Source: Oxalobacter sp. (GTDB lineage: Bacteria > Bacillota > Clostridia > Oscillospirales > Ruminococcaceae). From it: a stretch of 64,000 nucleotides of DNA. Numbering within the stretch: the stretch's first letter is position 1; every line of letters starts with the position of its first letter. The notes below the pieces were generated by a model. It was not told the DNA's origin. It saw only the letters and a program-made list of their open reading frames with translations, and did no database searches. The position numbers were made by a program, and so were the translations under genes. The DNA lies in the NCBI GenBank assembly GCA_963615785.1, contig CAVEID010000009.1:11733-75732 (forward strand). Reading direction: 5' to 3'. Shown here in pieces: positions 10,141 to 19,621 of this stretch.

Positions 10141-11511
10141 ATGACACCGAATAAAACACCTGCGCATCCGACCGATATGACCCATGGCTCTATCCTCAGC
10201 TGCACTCTGCGCTTCGCCCTGCCGATTTGCGCTGGCAGTGTTCTCCAGCAGATGTACAGCACCGTGGATACGCTGGTCATCGGCAATTATTGCGATTCCT
10301 CTGCACTGGCGGCTGTTTCCACCAGTTCGCAGCCGCTGGAAATTCTTTTGTGTGTCTTTCTCGGCATTGGTTCCGGTATTTCGATCCTTGTTTCGCAGGC
10401 TTGTGGTGCGTCCGATCAGGATGTGCTGAAAAAGCTGCTCAAAGCATCTGTGTTCTTCCTCTACGCTGCAGCCATTCCGCTTACGGTGCTGGGGCTTGTA
10501 TTGGGGCCGACGCTCTTGAATCTGATGCAGGTTCCGCCGGATGCCATGCCTTATGCAGTGCAGTATCTGCGCATTGTTGCCATCGGTATTCTTGGCAACA
10601 TGGGCTACAACTTCAATGCAGGCATCCTGCGGGGGCTTGGCAACAGCAATTCTTCTCTGGTGCTTCTGCTGGTATCCTGCGTGGTCAACATTGCGCTGGA
10701 TCTGCTCTTTGTAGCGAAGTTTGGCATGGGTGTCTACGGTGCGGCATGGGCGACTGTGATCGCACTGGCACTCTCATGGCTGTGCAGCATCTGGTATCTC
10801 CGCTGCTATGCTCCAGAACTGGAATTTCCACTTCTGCCCCATCAGTTCGATGGGAAAACGCTGCGGAAGATGATACAGATCGGCCTCCCACTTGGAATGA
10901 ACACGGCACTCTATTCCACCGGACACCTGATTTTGCAGATTCTGTTCAATCTTCAGGGTTCGACCTTTGTCGCGGGCTGTTCGGTGGCCGGAAAAGTCAC
11001 CAGCCTTGCAAACCTTGCCATCGCTTCGCTCTCCTCAACGATGACGGTATTTTCCGGCCAGAACCTTGGAGCAGGAAATTATCGCCGTCTGTGCCGTGGC
11101 GCATGGCTGATTCCGTTGAGCGCGGGAGCCATCACATTATCTGCTGGAATCCTCGTTACAATTTTCTGCAACCCGCTGCTTTCGCTTTTTACACAAGATG
11201 TCACCGTTCTTGCCGTTGCAGTACGCTACATCCATATCGTGCTTCCGTTCACATGGATGTATGCGATTATGAACGTCATCATGTGCTTTGCCAATGGCAT
11301 TGGAGAGATTAAGTATCCGACCATCGTGAATCTGTTCATCCTGTGGGGTGTACGGATACCGGTCGCGTATCTGCTTTCACGGCTCGGCTATGGCGGCTAT
11401 GCAATGGCCAGTGTACCGCTGAGTTTTCTGGCTGGTATGATCCTGATGCTGTTTTATTTTCGTACAAAGCATTGGGCCAAACTTTGTGCCCTTGCAAAAA
11501 ATGAACCATAG
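10141..11511 (+). CDS. MATE family efflux transporter
   Basis: 456 aa, about 12 TM. The N-terminus LRFALPICAGSVLQQMYSTVDTLVIGNY is typical of the MATE/NorM family. The start is uncertain (10141 or a downstream ATG). Confidence 0.8.
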   Translation: MTPNKTPAHPTDMTHGSILSCTLRFALPICAGSVLQQMYSTVDTLVIGNYCDSSALAAVSTSSQPLEILLCVFLGIGSGISILVSQACGASDQDVLKKLLKASVFFLYAAAIPLTVLGLVLGPTLLNLMQVPPDAMPYAVQYLRIVAIGILGNMGYNFNAGILRGLGNSNSSLVLLLVSCVVNIALDLLFVAKFGMGVYGAAWATVIALALSWLCSIWYLRCYAPELEFPLLPHQFDGKTLRKMIQIGLPLGMNTALYSTGHLILQILFNLQGSTFVAGCSVAGKVTSLANLAIASLSSTMTVFSGQNLGAGNYRRLCRGAWLIPLSAGAITLSAGILVTIFCNPLLSLFTQDVTVLAVAVRYIHIVLPFTWMYAIMNVIMCFANGIGEIKYPTIVNLFILWGVRIPVAYLLSRLGYGGYAMASVPLSFLAGMILMLFYFRTKHWAKLCALAKNEP

Positions 11512-11520
11512 GAGGTTCGT

Positions 11521-13602
11521 ATGGAGTTACTCACACTGCTTTCCAAACCCTCGCGCGAATTTACCCCGATCCCGTTCTGGTTCCTGAACGGCAACCTGAC
11601 CCATGACGAGATTCGCCGCCAGCTGAATGATTTCAACGCACACGGCGTATCCGGCGTGGTGCTGCATCCCCGCATCGGCCTTGCCAAACGCATCCAATAC
11701 CTCTCCAAAGAATACTTTTCCTACATCCGCACAGCGGTCAAGGAAGCTGCTGCGCTGAACATGACGGTCGTTCTGTACGATGAGGGAATGTACCCGTCCG
11801 GCTCTGCAAACGGTATGGTCACTGCTGGCCGCCCCGATCTAGTCAGTCAGGGCATCACGCTGGTGAATGAGACCCAGCCGGGGGATGAAGTCCTTGTACA
11901 GACACCGCAGGGTGTTCTGGTGGTGCGCAAGAGCGGCGGCACCATCCGCGGCATCCACTGGGGTGAAGACGATGGCGAGCCGAATGCCCCGGAAAGTGCC
12001 GACATCCTGAACCCGGAGGTCGTGCAGCGGTTCATCGGCCTGACCCACGATGCCTACTACCGTGAACTGAAAGAATACTTCGGGAATACCATCATCGGTT
12101 TCTTCACCGATGAACCCAGTATTCTGGGCCGGAACGTGGGGAATATGTTCCCGTGGACAAAGGGTTTTGCCCAGCTTTTCACCGAAGCAGGCGGCAAGCT
12201 GGAAAATCTGACCGCACTGTTTGAGAAAACCGAAAATGCCGACACCCGGCTCTATCATCAGATGATCCTTGACCGGGAGGGCGGCGTTTACTATGCGGCT
12301 CTTTCCGGCTGGTGCGAGCAGCACGGCATCTGCCTGATGGGACATCCCCATCAGAGCGATGATATTGAGGTAGAAAAATACTTCGGCATCCCCGGTCAGG
12401 ACTTGTGCCTGCGCTGGATCGCACCGGAAAAGGACTGCCTTGTGGGGCTGGATTCCACGCTGGGTAAGTGCAGCGCGGATGCGGCCCGCCTGATGAACCG
12501 CCGCCGCAATTCCAATGAGTGCTTTGGAGCCTGCAACAAGGATAACAACCCGTGGCAGCTCTCCGGCGGGGACATCAAGTGGTACACGGATTGGCTGGCC
12601 GTGCGCGGCGTCAACCTGTTCATCCCTCATGCGTTCTATTACAGCATCACCGGCAAGCGGAAGGATGAGCGTCCGCCCGATGTCGGCCCCAACAGCAACT
12701 GGTGGAAACACTATAAGCTGTGGTCTACCTATATGCGGCGGCTGTCCTGCTTGATGACTGACACGACCGCACTTCTGCCGGTGGCGGTACTGTGCCGCAA
12801 CCGCGCGCTGGAACCGGATGCTGTCCGTCCGCTCTATGAGCAGCAGGTCGGCTTCCAGTATCTGCCGGAAAGCGTCTGGAAAGATTGCCGGGTGCAGGAT
12901 GGAAAACTGTATTGCCGCGGCATGGAGTTCTCGGCGGTGATCGACCCGGAACAGCGGTTCCCGGATGCACCTGCTCTCCCCAAAGACCTCTCGACCCTTG
13001 CAGACCTTCAGTGCAGCCCGGCTGCTCCGCAGCTGCGCAGTGCGCATTTCCTGCGCGCAGGCAGTGAGTGCTGGTTCCTTGTGAACGAGGGCAACACCGA
13101 CCTCCACACCACCATCACGCTGCCCACCACCCAAAAGGTCGGACAGTATGACCTCTGGGCAGGGAAAGCGGCCCGTGCGCAGGCAAAGGATTTTGCATTG
13201 AACCTGCCCAGCCGCAGCAGCCTGCTGCTGTTCACCTGCGAGGATGCAGATTTTGCCGCTCTGCCGGAGCAGCCAAAGCCGCTACTGCTCCCGATGCCGG
13301 AGTTTACCCTGAAAAAAGCCGATGGCATTCAGGTCAAAAAGACCTATGTTGCCGAGGCGGAATACAGTGCAGAACAGGCAAACGCCGACTATCCGCTGCT
13401 GGAACTGGATGCTGAGGAAATGGCGGAACTCTGGGTCAATGGAAAATTTGCCGGAGTTTCGTTCTGGAACAAGCACCGGTTTGATTTGAAGGGCCTGCTC
13501 CATCCGGGCAGCAATGCGTTCAAGCTGGTCGTGACCGGCAGTTTGGCAAACCGTTATGGCAAACACGCCGTTCCGTATGGTTTGCAGGAGGCTTCTGTAT
13601 GA
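11521..13602 (+). CDS. Putative glycoside hydrolase of uncharacterised family (TIM-barrel-like N-terminus + beta-sandwich C-terminus; GH106-like alpha-L-rhamnosidase is a guess)
   Basis: RBS TAGGAGG. The N-terminus PIPFWFLNGNLTHDEIRRQLNDFNAHGVSGVVLHPRIGL resembles the FWFW..G....I..ql..m...G.gG opening that I associate with GH106-type enzymes. The context is pectin-degrading genes. The family assignment is not verified. Confidence 0.45.
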   Translation: MELLTLLSKPSREFTPIPFWFLNGNLTHDEIRRQLNDFNAHGVSGVVLHPRIGLAKRIQYLSKEYFSYIRTAVKEAAALNMTVVLYDEGMYPSGSANGMVTAGRPDLVSQGITLVNETQPGDEVLVQTPQGVLVVRKSGGTIRGIHWGEDDGEPNAPESADILNPEVVQRFIGLTHDAYYRELKEYFGNTIIGFFTDEPSILGRNVGNMFPWTKGFAQLFTEAGGKLENLTALFEKTENADTRLYHQMILDREGGVYYAALSGWCEQHGICLMGHPHQSDDIEVEKYFGIPGQDLCLRWIAPEKDCLVGLDSTLGKCSADAARLMNRRRNSNECFGACNKDNNPWQLSGGDIKWYTDWLAVRGVNLFIPHAFYYSITGKRKDERPPDVGPNSNWWKHYKLWSTYMRRLSCLMTDTTALLPVAVLCRNRALEPDAVRPLYEQQVGFQYLPESVWKDCRVQDGKLYCRGMEFSAVIDPEQRFPDAPALPKDLSTLADLQCSPAAPQLRSAHFLRAGSECWFLVNEGNTDLHTTITLPTTQKVGQYDLWAGKAARAQAKDFALNLPSRSSLLLFTCEDADFAALPEQPKPLLLPMPEFTLKKADGIQVKKTYVAEAEYSAEQANADYPLLELDAEEMAELWVNGKFAGVSFWNKHRFDLKGLLHPGSNAFKLVVTGSLANRYGKHAVPYGLQEASV

Positions 13603-14402
13603 GTTTGAAAAATATCTATACCTGTTTTCCCGGCGGCAAGCACAAGGCTCTGACGTTCAGCTTTGACGATGGCCGCGTGGAAGACCGCCGCCTTGTGGAA
13701 CTGTTCAACCAGTACGGCATGAAGGGAACCTTTAATCTGAACTCCGGCCTGCACAATGCAGAGCGCATCCCGGTCAGCGAATATAAGGAACTGTATCGTG
13801 GGCATGAGGTGGCCTGCCACACCGTGCTGCATCCCACCATTGCACGCTCTCCGCTGGATCAAGTGGCCCAGCAGATTCTGGAAGACCGCCGTGCATTGGA
13901 AGAACTGGTCGAGACCCCGGTACGCGGTCTTGCTTACCCCAACGGCAGCTACACCCATAAAATCATGGAACTTCTGCCGGCACTGGGTATCCGCTATGCG
14001 CGTACTGTGCGCAGCACACAGGGTTTTGCTATCCCGGAAAATTTTACCGAGTGGGACCCGACCTGTCATTTCCGGCGCGGGATGCTGGAACTGGGGCAGC
14101 AGTTCCTCACCATGCACAAGACCCAGTATCTGTACCTGATGTACGTCTGGGGCCACAGCTATGAACTGCCCGAACAGGATGGCTGGGCACAGATGGAGCA
14201 GTTCTGCCAGATGATGAGCCATCAGGACGACATCTGGTACGCTACCAACATTGAGATCGTAGACGCGCTGGAAGATGCCGCCCGGCTCCAGTTTACCGTG
14301 GACGGGAATCTGTGCTATAATCCGAACGCTGCATCCTGCTGGGTCAGTGTAGGCGGAAAAATCTACGAGCTTCCCGGTGGAACGACAACACGATTCGAGT
14401 GA
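13599..14402 (+). CDS. Polysaccharide deacetylase family protein (carbohydrate esterase 4, NodB-like)
   Basis: NodB motif 1 is LTFSFDDG, followed by histidines in HEVACHTVLHP. ATGA overlap with the upstream gene. Confidence 0.75.
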   Translation: MSLKNIYTCFPGGKHKALTFSFDDGRVEDRRLVELFNQYGMKGTFNLNSGLHNAERIPVSEYKELYRGHEVACHTVLHPTIARSPLDQVAQQILEDRRALEELVETPVRGLAYPNGSYTHKIMELLPALGIRYARTVRSTQGFAIPENFTEWDPTCHFRRGMLELGQQFLTMHKTQYLYLMYVWGHSYELPEQDGWAQMEQFCQMMSHQDDIWYATNIEIVDALEDAARLQFTVDGNLCYNPNAASCWVSVGGKIYELPGGTTTRFE

Positions 14403-14413
14403 GGAACACACCC

Positions 14414-15733
14414 ATGAAACATGAACTTGAATTTTTCCCAGACGGAACTCCAATCGACGATTGGTTCTACGATACTGCTGCTCCGGAACTTTCTGCGTTG
14501 GGCAAACCGTATCGGCTGACGGACTACGGCATCCTGCCGGATGGCCAGTTGCACACAAAGGAGATTCAGTCTGTCATTGATCTTGCGGCCAAAGAGGGCG
14601 GCGGCGTTCTGGTCGTTCCGGCTGGCGTCTACCACACGGGTGCGCTGTATTTCAAGCAGGGCGTGAATCTGTATGTGGCACAGGGCGGCACCCTGATGGG
14701 CAGTGATGACATTGCCGATTATGACCTCTGCGAAACGCGGATGGAAGGACAGAACTGTATCTACTTCTCCGCCCTCATCAACGCCGATGGCGTGGATGGG
14801 TTCACCATCAGCGGCCCCGGTACGATTGATGGCAATGGCCTGCGCTCTTGGCGAGCGTTCTGGCTGCGCCGCAAGTGGAACCCAAAATGCACGAACAAGG
14901 ACGAACAGCGTCCGCGGCTGGTGTTCATTTCCAACAGCAAAAACGTGACCTTTGTCAATATCACCCTGCAAAATTCGCACTTCTGGACGAGCCACCTCTA
15001 CCGCTGTGACCATGTGAAGTACCTGAACTGCCGCATTCTCTCTCCGGCTCATCCGGTTCCGGCTCCCAGCACCGATGCCATTGACATTGATGTCTGCACC
15101 GATGTTCTGGTCAAGAACTGCTATCTGGAAGTGAATGACGATTCGGTCGTGCTGAAGGGCGGCAGAGGCCCGTGGGCCGATACTGCGCCCGAAAACGGTA
15201 TCAATGAGCGGATTCTGGTGGAGGACTGCCACTATGGTTTCTGCCATGGTTGTCTGACCTGCGGTTCGGAGTCCATGCACGACCGCAACGTCCTGATTCG
15301 CCGGTTGAAAGTGGACCACGCCTGCAACCTGCTCTGGCTGAAAATGCGCCCGGATACCCCGCAGCATTACGAATATATCACGATGCAGCAGGTAGATGCC
15401 GTGGTAGACAGCTTTGTCAACATCAACCCGTGGACGCAGTTCTATGATCTGGAAGACCGCAAGGACATTCCGCTTTCCTATGCAGACCACATTACCGTGG
15501 AGGACTGCCGCTGCGAGTGCCGCGAATACTTCAACGTAAAGCCGGAACCGACACAGTATCAGCTTTCAGACTTCACGTTCCGGAATCTGGATATTTGCGC
15601 AAAAGAAAATTCCTTTGACCCGACCGCAGTGAACGGTATGGTCTGCGAAAACTGCAATATTTCTGCTCTGGATACCGCACCGGACATCAATTACATTCCA
15701 CCCGTACCGCATACGATCGAGGAAGCACAATGA
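14414..15733 (+). CDS. Glycoside hydrolase family 28 (rhamnogalacturonase / exo-polygalacturonase-like)
   Basis: Pectate-lyase-fold repeats with GH28 motifs APSTDAIDID, VNDDSVVLKGG, CHGCLTCGSE and LWLKMR. I prefer the ATG at 14414 (MKHELEFF, RBS GAGGAA) to the GTG at 14399. Confidence 0.8.
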   Translation: MKHELEFFPDGTPIDDWFYDTAAPELSALGKPYRLTDYGILPDGQLHTKEIQSVIDLAAKEGGGVLVVPAGVYHTGALYFKQGVNLYVAQGGTLMGSDDIADYDLCETRMEGQNCIYFSALINADGVDGFTISGPGTIDGNGLRSWRAFWLRRKWNPKCTNKDEQRPRLVFISNSKNVTFVNITLQNSHFWTSHLYRCDHVKYLNCRILSPAHPVPAPSTDAIDIDVCTDVLVKNCYLEVNDDSVVLKGGRGPWADTAPENGINERILVEDCHYGFCHGCLTCGSESMHDRNVLIRRLKVDHACNLLWLKMRPDTPQHYEYITMQQVDAVVDSFVNINPWTQFYDLEDRKDIPLSYADHITVEDCRCECREYFNVKPEPTQYQLSDFTFRNLDICAKENSFDPTAVNGMVCENCNISALDTAPDINYIPPVPHTIEEAQ

Positions 15734-17157
15734 AATCAGATACGATGACCATTTCCTTGGAAAAGGGCGCACAGGATTCCATCCCGTTTTATGGCTCCAA
15801 CCAGCCCTTTGGATTTGTGGACGAAGCTGCCCATAACGCACAGCCAGAACTCAATATCTTTGAGTTGAACAGCGGATTCAATGTGCCGTATTGGTACACA
15901 GCGGAAACACTCACAAAAATCCAGCAGGACGAAAACGGCTGTTTTCTGGATTCGGATGCACTGGTTCAGTCTTTGTGGGAAAAGGATGGTGCAGTCCAGC
16001 CGCCGCAGCGATTTATTCCGCTCTGCTTCAAGGCGGCGGTTCCTCACGCCGGGAATTACCGCGTGAAACTCACTCTGACCGCCCGTGCGGAGGAAGAACA
16101 GCTTCTGATTTTCCACGGATGCCGCCACCTTGCGTGGAAAGGCTCCTTGCGGCAGGGCACGGTGCTGTCCATCTGTTTCACGGTCAATATTTCGCCCATC
16201 ATCCCCAATGGAAAAGACCGGCTCTTTGAGAAAATGGCTCTGGACATTGCAGTGGTTGGCCACTACCCGGCACTGGATTTTCTGTCTGTTGCGCCCATCG
16301 AAGTCCCCACAGTCTACCTTGCCGGAGATTCCACGATGGCGGACTACGGTGCAGAATATCCCTACCACCCGGCGGCGTGTTACGGCGGCTGGGGACAGGC
16401 TCTGGACTTGTATCTTGACGGCAGCATTGCCGTGTGCAACCACGCACACAACGGGCGTTCCACCGAAATATTCCGCAATGAGGGCCATTTTGACCTTATC
16501 CAGAATCAGCTTCGCCCCGGCGATTTTGTGGTGATCCAGTTTGGCCACAACGACCAGAAGCATCCGCATTTGCAGGCATACAACGGCTACCCGGAAAATC
16601 TGCGCCGGTTCATTGCAGAAATTCGTGCAAAAAAAGCCCTGCCCATTCTTGCAACGCCGATCGCGCGCAATACATGGACAGAGCAAAACGGAAAACTTGC
16701 CTATAACGATCTCCTGCACGATCACGCACAGGCGTGTATCGCACTGGGCAAAGAGTTGAAAGTCCCTGTACTGGATCTGCATCAAGCGGCCATGGAGGAC
16801 ATCATCCGGCTGGGCCGGGATGCTTCCAAAATCTATTACCATCAGGGTGATTGGACGCACACAAACGATTACGGTGCAGTCCGTGCCGCTGGATATACAG
16901 CCAATGCTCTGCGTTCGCTGGGTGGTACATTCCCGGATTATCTGCCTTTGGTGCAGGCAGTGTCGGCATCCATCAAGCCTTGGAAACCGGAAGCCGCGCT
17001 GCTTCTGGAAAAGCCTGTGCGTCTGGCTGGAGTAAAAGACCCCAACGGCACGGAAGAAGGAACTGCCGCACAAGACCATCAGGCCGAAAAGGATGGCGGC
17101 GATGCACTGGCGCGGCTGCTGGCGGCGGTGCAGAGTGCCCGTGGACAGGGCGTTTAA
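15730..17157 (+). CDS. Rhamnogalacturonan acetylesterase (CE12, SGNH hydrolase) with N-terminal extra domain
   Basis: SGNH blocks are YLAGDSTMADYG (I), GWGQAL (II), HAHNGRST (III) and DWTHTNDYGA (V), plus FGHNDQ. The roughly 190-aa N-terminal domain is unassigned. Confidence 0.8.
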   Translation: MKSDTMTISLEKGAQDSIPFYGSNQPFGFVDEAAHNAQPELNIFELNSGFNVPYWYTAETLTKIQQDENGCFLDSDALVQSLWEKDGAVQPPQRFIPLCFKAAVPHAGNYRVKLTLTARAEEEQLLIFHGCRHLAWKGSLRQGTVLSICFTVNISPIIPNGKDRLFEKMALDIAVVGHYPALDFLSVAPIEVPTVYLAGDSTMADYGAEYPYHPAACYGGWGQALDLYLDGSIAVCNHAHNGRSTEIFRNEGHFDLIQNQLRPGDFVVIQFGHNDQKHPHLQAYNGYPENLRRFIAEIRAKKALPILATPIARNTWTEQNGKLAYNDLLHDHAQACIALGKELKVPVLDLHQAAMEDIIRLGRDASKIYYHQGDWTHTNDYGAVRAAGYTANALRSLGGTFPDYLPLVQAVSASIKPWKPEAALLLEKPVRLAGVKDPNGTEEGTAAQDHQAEKDGGDALARLLAAVQSARGQGV

Positions 17158-18035
17158 TCCTGCTCCGGATTCCCGGCACTTTTCAGAGCACTTTTGCGAT
17201 ACTGTAAAGGGCTTTGTCCGGTCGCCTTGGCAAACCGGGTGGAAAAGTTGCTGGCATCTCCAAAGCCGACCTGCTGCGCGATCTCAGTAACGCTGTGGTC
17301 GGTGAGCACCAACAGTTCCTTTGCCTGCGTGATGCGGAAGTTGACGAGGTAGTTGTAGGGCGTTGTGCCCATATACCGCCGGAACAGCCGCAGAAAATAA
17401 CTTTTGCTCATGTGGGCATCGGCCAGCAGGTCGGCAAGGGAAAGCTCTTTCTGGTAATTCTTGCGCAGGGTTTCCGCCGCCTGCAAAATGACCTGCCGTG
17501 CGCTGGTGGTTTCGGCTTCTGCAAGAATGGTCTGCGCACACAGGGCAAGCATCCCATGCAGAGCCAGACCGGTCTGCACCATGCTGTCCACGTTGCCGCG
17601 CTCCATCTGGCCCAGCACTGTTTCAAACAATTCCTGCATCTTGACCCCGGTGATCTGCACCGGGGTCAATTTTTTGCCCGGAAACAGCAGCGGTTCCATA
17701 GCCGCAACGCCCATACCGTCCAGATGCACCCAATAATGGTGCCAGCAGCTTTGCCCCGGCGCAGTGCAGTAACTTTGCGGAGTACGGCAGTTGAGCAGCA
17801 ATGCCTGTCCGGTGCTGAGTACGACATGGTTCCCATCCTGCTCGATCAGTCCGGCTCCGCGCAGGGTATAGAACAAAATGTAGCTTTCTTTGTCGGTGCG
17901 CGCGGTCGAAAAATGCTGCTGAGCATAGAACACCCCCGCTTCGGTACAATAGTAGGGCTGCGCTAGCTCTGCTTCGCTGGGCGTTGTGCGTTTCCAGATG
18001 CTTTCTGGGGTCACATCCATGTTATAAGTCAGCAT
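17154..18035 (-). CDS. AraC family transcriptional regulator, likely L-rhamnose regulon activator (RhaR/RhaS-like)
   Basis: Cupin-like N-terminus and a C-terminal double HTH (SKSYFLRLFRRYMGTTPYNYLVNFRITQAKELL..IAQQVGFGDASNFSTRFAKATGQSPLQYRK). Divergent from fucO-rhaB. Confidence 0.8.
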   Translation of the reverse strand: MLTYNMDVTPESIWKRTTPSEAELAQPYYCTEAGVFYAQQHFSTARTDKESYILFYTLRGAGLIEQDGNHVVLSTGQALLLNCRTPQSYCTAPGQSCWHHYWVHLDGMGVAAMEPLLFPGKKLTPVQITGVKMQELFETVLGQMERGNVDSMVQTGLALHGMLALCAQTILAEAETTSARQVILQAAETLRKNYQKELSLADLLADAHMSKSYFLRLFRRYMGTTPYNYLVNFRITQAKELLVLTDHSVTEIAQQVGFGDASNFSTRFAKATGQSPLQYRKSALKSAGNPEQD

Positions 18036-18090
18036 TTTCCGATTCCTCTCTTTCTGTTTTTAGTATAGCGCACACGCCTTTTGGGGGCAA

Positions 18091-18157
18091 GAGTAGACTT
18101 TTCACAAAAAAGAGGGTACTTTTTCGGATGGAATTTTCCGAACGCGGCCAGTATACT
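18091..18157 (+). promoter_or_regulatory. Activator-type promoter module upstream of fucO (shared with the rhaB promoter)
   Basis: GAGTAGACTTTTCACAAA-N11-TTTTTCGGATGGAAT-N17-TATACT. It has the same architecture and spacing as 19524-19590. Confidence 0.65.
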
Positions 18158-18239
18158 AATGAACAGAAAGTTTGTTATCTTTCTGCCAATCCAAGCGATT
18201 GCAGCAAAAAGAGAAGTGTCAATTTGGAGGTTTTGTATT

Positions 18240-19388
18240 ATGGCTGATCGTATTGTTCTGAACAGCATTTCTTACCATGGCCACGGTGCCATCGAGAACA
18301 TTGTTCCCGAACTGACCGCCCGCGGCTACAAGAAGGCTTTCGTCTGCTCTGACCCCGACCTGATCAAGTTCGGTGTCACTAAGAAAGTCACCGACCTGCT
18401 GGACGCTGCCGGTTTCGCTTACAGCGTGTACAGCGAGATCAAGCCCAACCCCACCATCGCCAACGTGCAGGACGGCGTGGCTGCGTTCAAGGCCGCAGAA
18501 GCTGACTGCATCGTGACCATCGGCGGCGGCTCCTCCATGGACACCGCAAAGGCTATCGGCATCATCATCAACAACCCGGAGTTTGCCGATGTGCGCTCTC
18601 TGGAGGGTGTTGCTCCCACCAAGAAGCACGCTGTGTTCACCATCGCCGTGCCCACTACCGCCGGTACTGCTGCTGAAGTCACCATCAACTACGTCATCAC
18701 CGACGTGGAGAAGAAGCGCAAGTTCGTCTGCGTGGATACCAACGACATCCCTGAGATCGCCGTTGTTGACCCCGATATGATGTCCTCCATGCCCAAGGGC
18801 CTGACCGCCGCTACCGGTATGGATGCTCTGACCCATGCCATTGAGGGTTACATCACCAAGGGCCACTGCACCATTTCCGATATGTTCCATCTGGAGGCCA
18901 TCAAACTGATCAGCGAGAACCTGCGCGGTGCTGTCCAGAACACTCCGGAAGGCCGCGAGGGTATGGCTCTGGGCGAGTACATTGCCGGTATGGGCTTCTC
19001 CAATGTCGGTCTGGGCATTGTCCACTCCATGGCACACGGCCTGTCCGCTCTGTATGACACCCCGCACGGTGTGGCTTGCGCCATCCTGCTGCCGGTGGGT
19101 CTGGAGTACAACAAGACCGTCGCCGGTGAGCGTTACCGTGCAGTCGGCAAGGCTATGGGCGTGAAGGGCATCGACGAGATGAACGACGCACAGGCCGCTG
19201 ATGCAACCATCGCTGCTGTTAAGAAGCTGTCTGCTGACGTGGGTATCCCCACCAACCTGAATGGCATCCTGAAAGAAGAGGACATCCAGTTCCTCGCAGA
19301 GTCTGCTTATGCAGATGCCTGCCGCCCCGGTAACCCCCGCGACACCAGCGTGGAGGAGATCGTGGAGCTGTACAAGAGCCAGCTGTAA
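18240..19388 (+). CDS. fucO: Lactaldehyde reductase (1,2-propanediol oxidoreductase), iron-containing alcohol dehydrogenase
   Basis: ATG at 18240 with RBS GGAGG. Starts MADRIVLNSISYHGHGAIE. Fe-ADH motifs are GGGSSMDTAKA and HSMAHGLSALYDTPHG. About 383 aa. The listed ORF start at 18081 is an upstream extension. Confidence 0.85.
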   Translation: MADRIVLNSISYHGHGAIENIVPELTARGYKKAFVCSDPDLIKFGVTKKVTDLLDAAGFAYSVYSEIKPNPTIANVQDGVAAFKAAEADCIVTIGGGSSMDTAKAIGIIINNPEFADVRSLEGVAPTKKHAVFTIAVPTTAGTAAEVTINYVITDVEKKRKFVCVDTNDIPEIAVVDPDMMSSMPKGLTAATGMDALTHAIEGYITKGHCTISDMFHLEAIKLISENLRGAVQNTPEGREGMALGEYIAGMGFSNVGLGIVHSMAHGLSALYDTPHGVACAILLPVGLEYNKTVAGERYRAVGKAMGVKGIDEMNDAQAADATIAAVKKLSADVGIPTNLNGILKEEDIQFLAESAYADACRPGNPRDTSVEEIVELYKSQL

Positions 19389-19447
19389 GATTCCGCATAA
19401 CTGCTTTGCTTAAATTCCCCATTTCTTCTTCATTACCCCCATAACGC

Positions 19448-19494
19448 AAAAAAGCTGGAGCGTTCCTTCCATACGGAGCGTTCCGGCTTTTTTG
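19448..19494 (+). terminator. Rho-independent terminator after fucO
   Basis: Stem GCTGGAGCG / CGTTCCGGC (two G-U pairs) followed by TTTTTTGTTTG, with an A-run upstream. Confidence 0.6.
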
Positions 19495-19523
19495 TTTGCA
19501 GCAGATGCTTTTTCAAAATCATA

Positions 19524-19590
19524 GAGTAGACTTTTCACAAAGAATGTGTCACCTTTGCCGATGGAATCACGATGCCCGAACCCGTATACT
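19524..19590 (+). promoter_or_regulatory. Activator-type promoter module upstream of rhaB (shared with the fucO promoter)
   Basis: GAGTAGACTTTTCACAAA-N11-CTTTGCCGATGGAAT-N17-TATACT. The 18-nt box is identical to that at 18091. Confidence 0.65.
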
Positions 19591-19621
19591 TAGGTCAAAG
19601 AATCCACACAGGAGGCGCATT

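Noticed and set aside
10227-11312. 361-aa alternative-frame ORF inside the MATE gene
   Set aside because: It is on the same strand but out of frame with the 12-TM MATE reading frame. Its product is Cys/Arg/Trp-rich with no membrane or domain logic.
18081-18239. N-terminal extensions proposed by the ORF track (18081 for fucO, 19496 for rhaB, 27620 for GH105, 37118 for the zinc-ribbon ORF, 44809-45144 for acpP, 45029 for dapF, 57217 for zapA, 62149 for mreC, 34762-34887 for MATE)
   Set aside because: In every case an internal start preceded by a good Shine-Dalgarno sequence gives a protein beginning at the conserved family N-terminus. The extension would cross promoters, terminators or the neighbouring gene.
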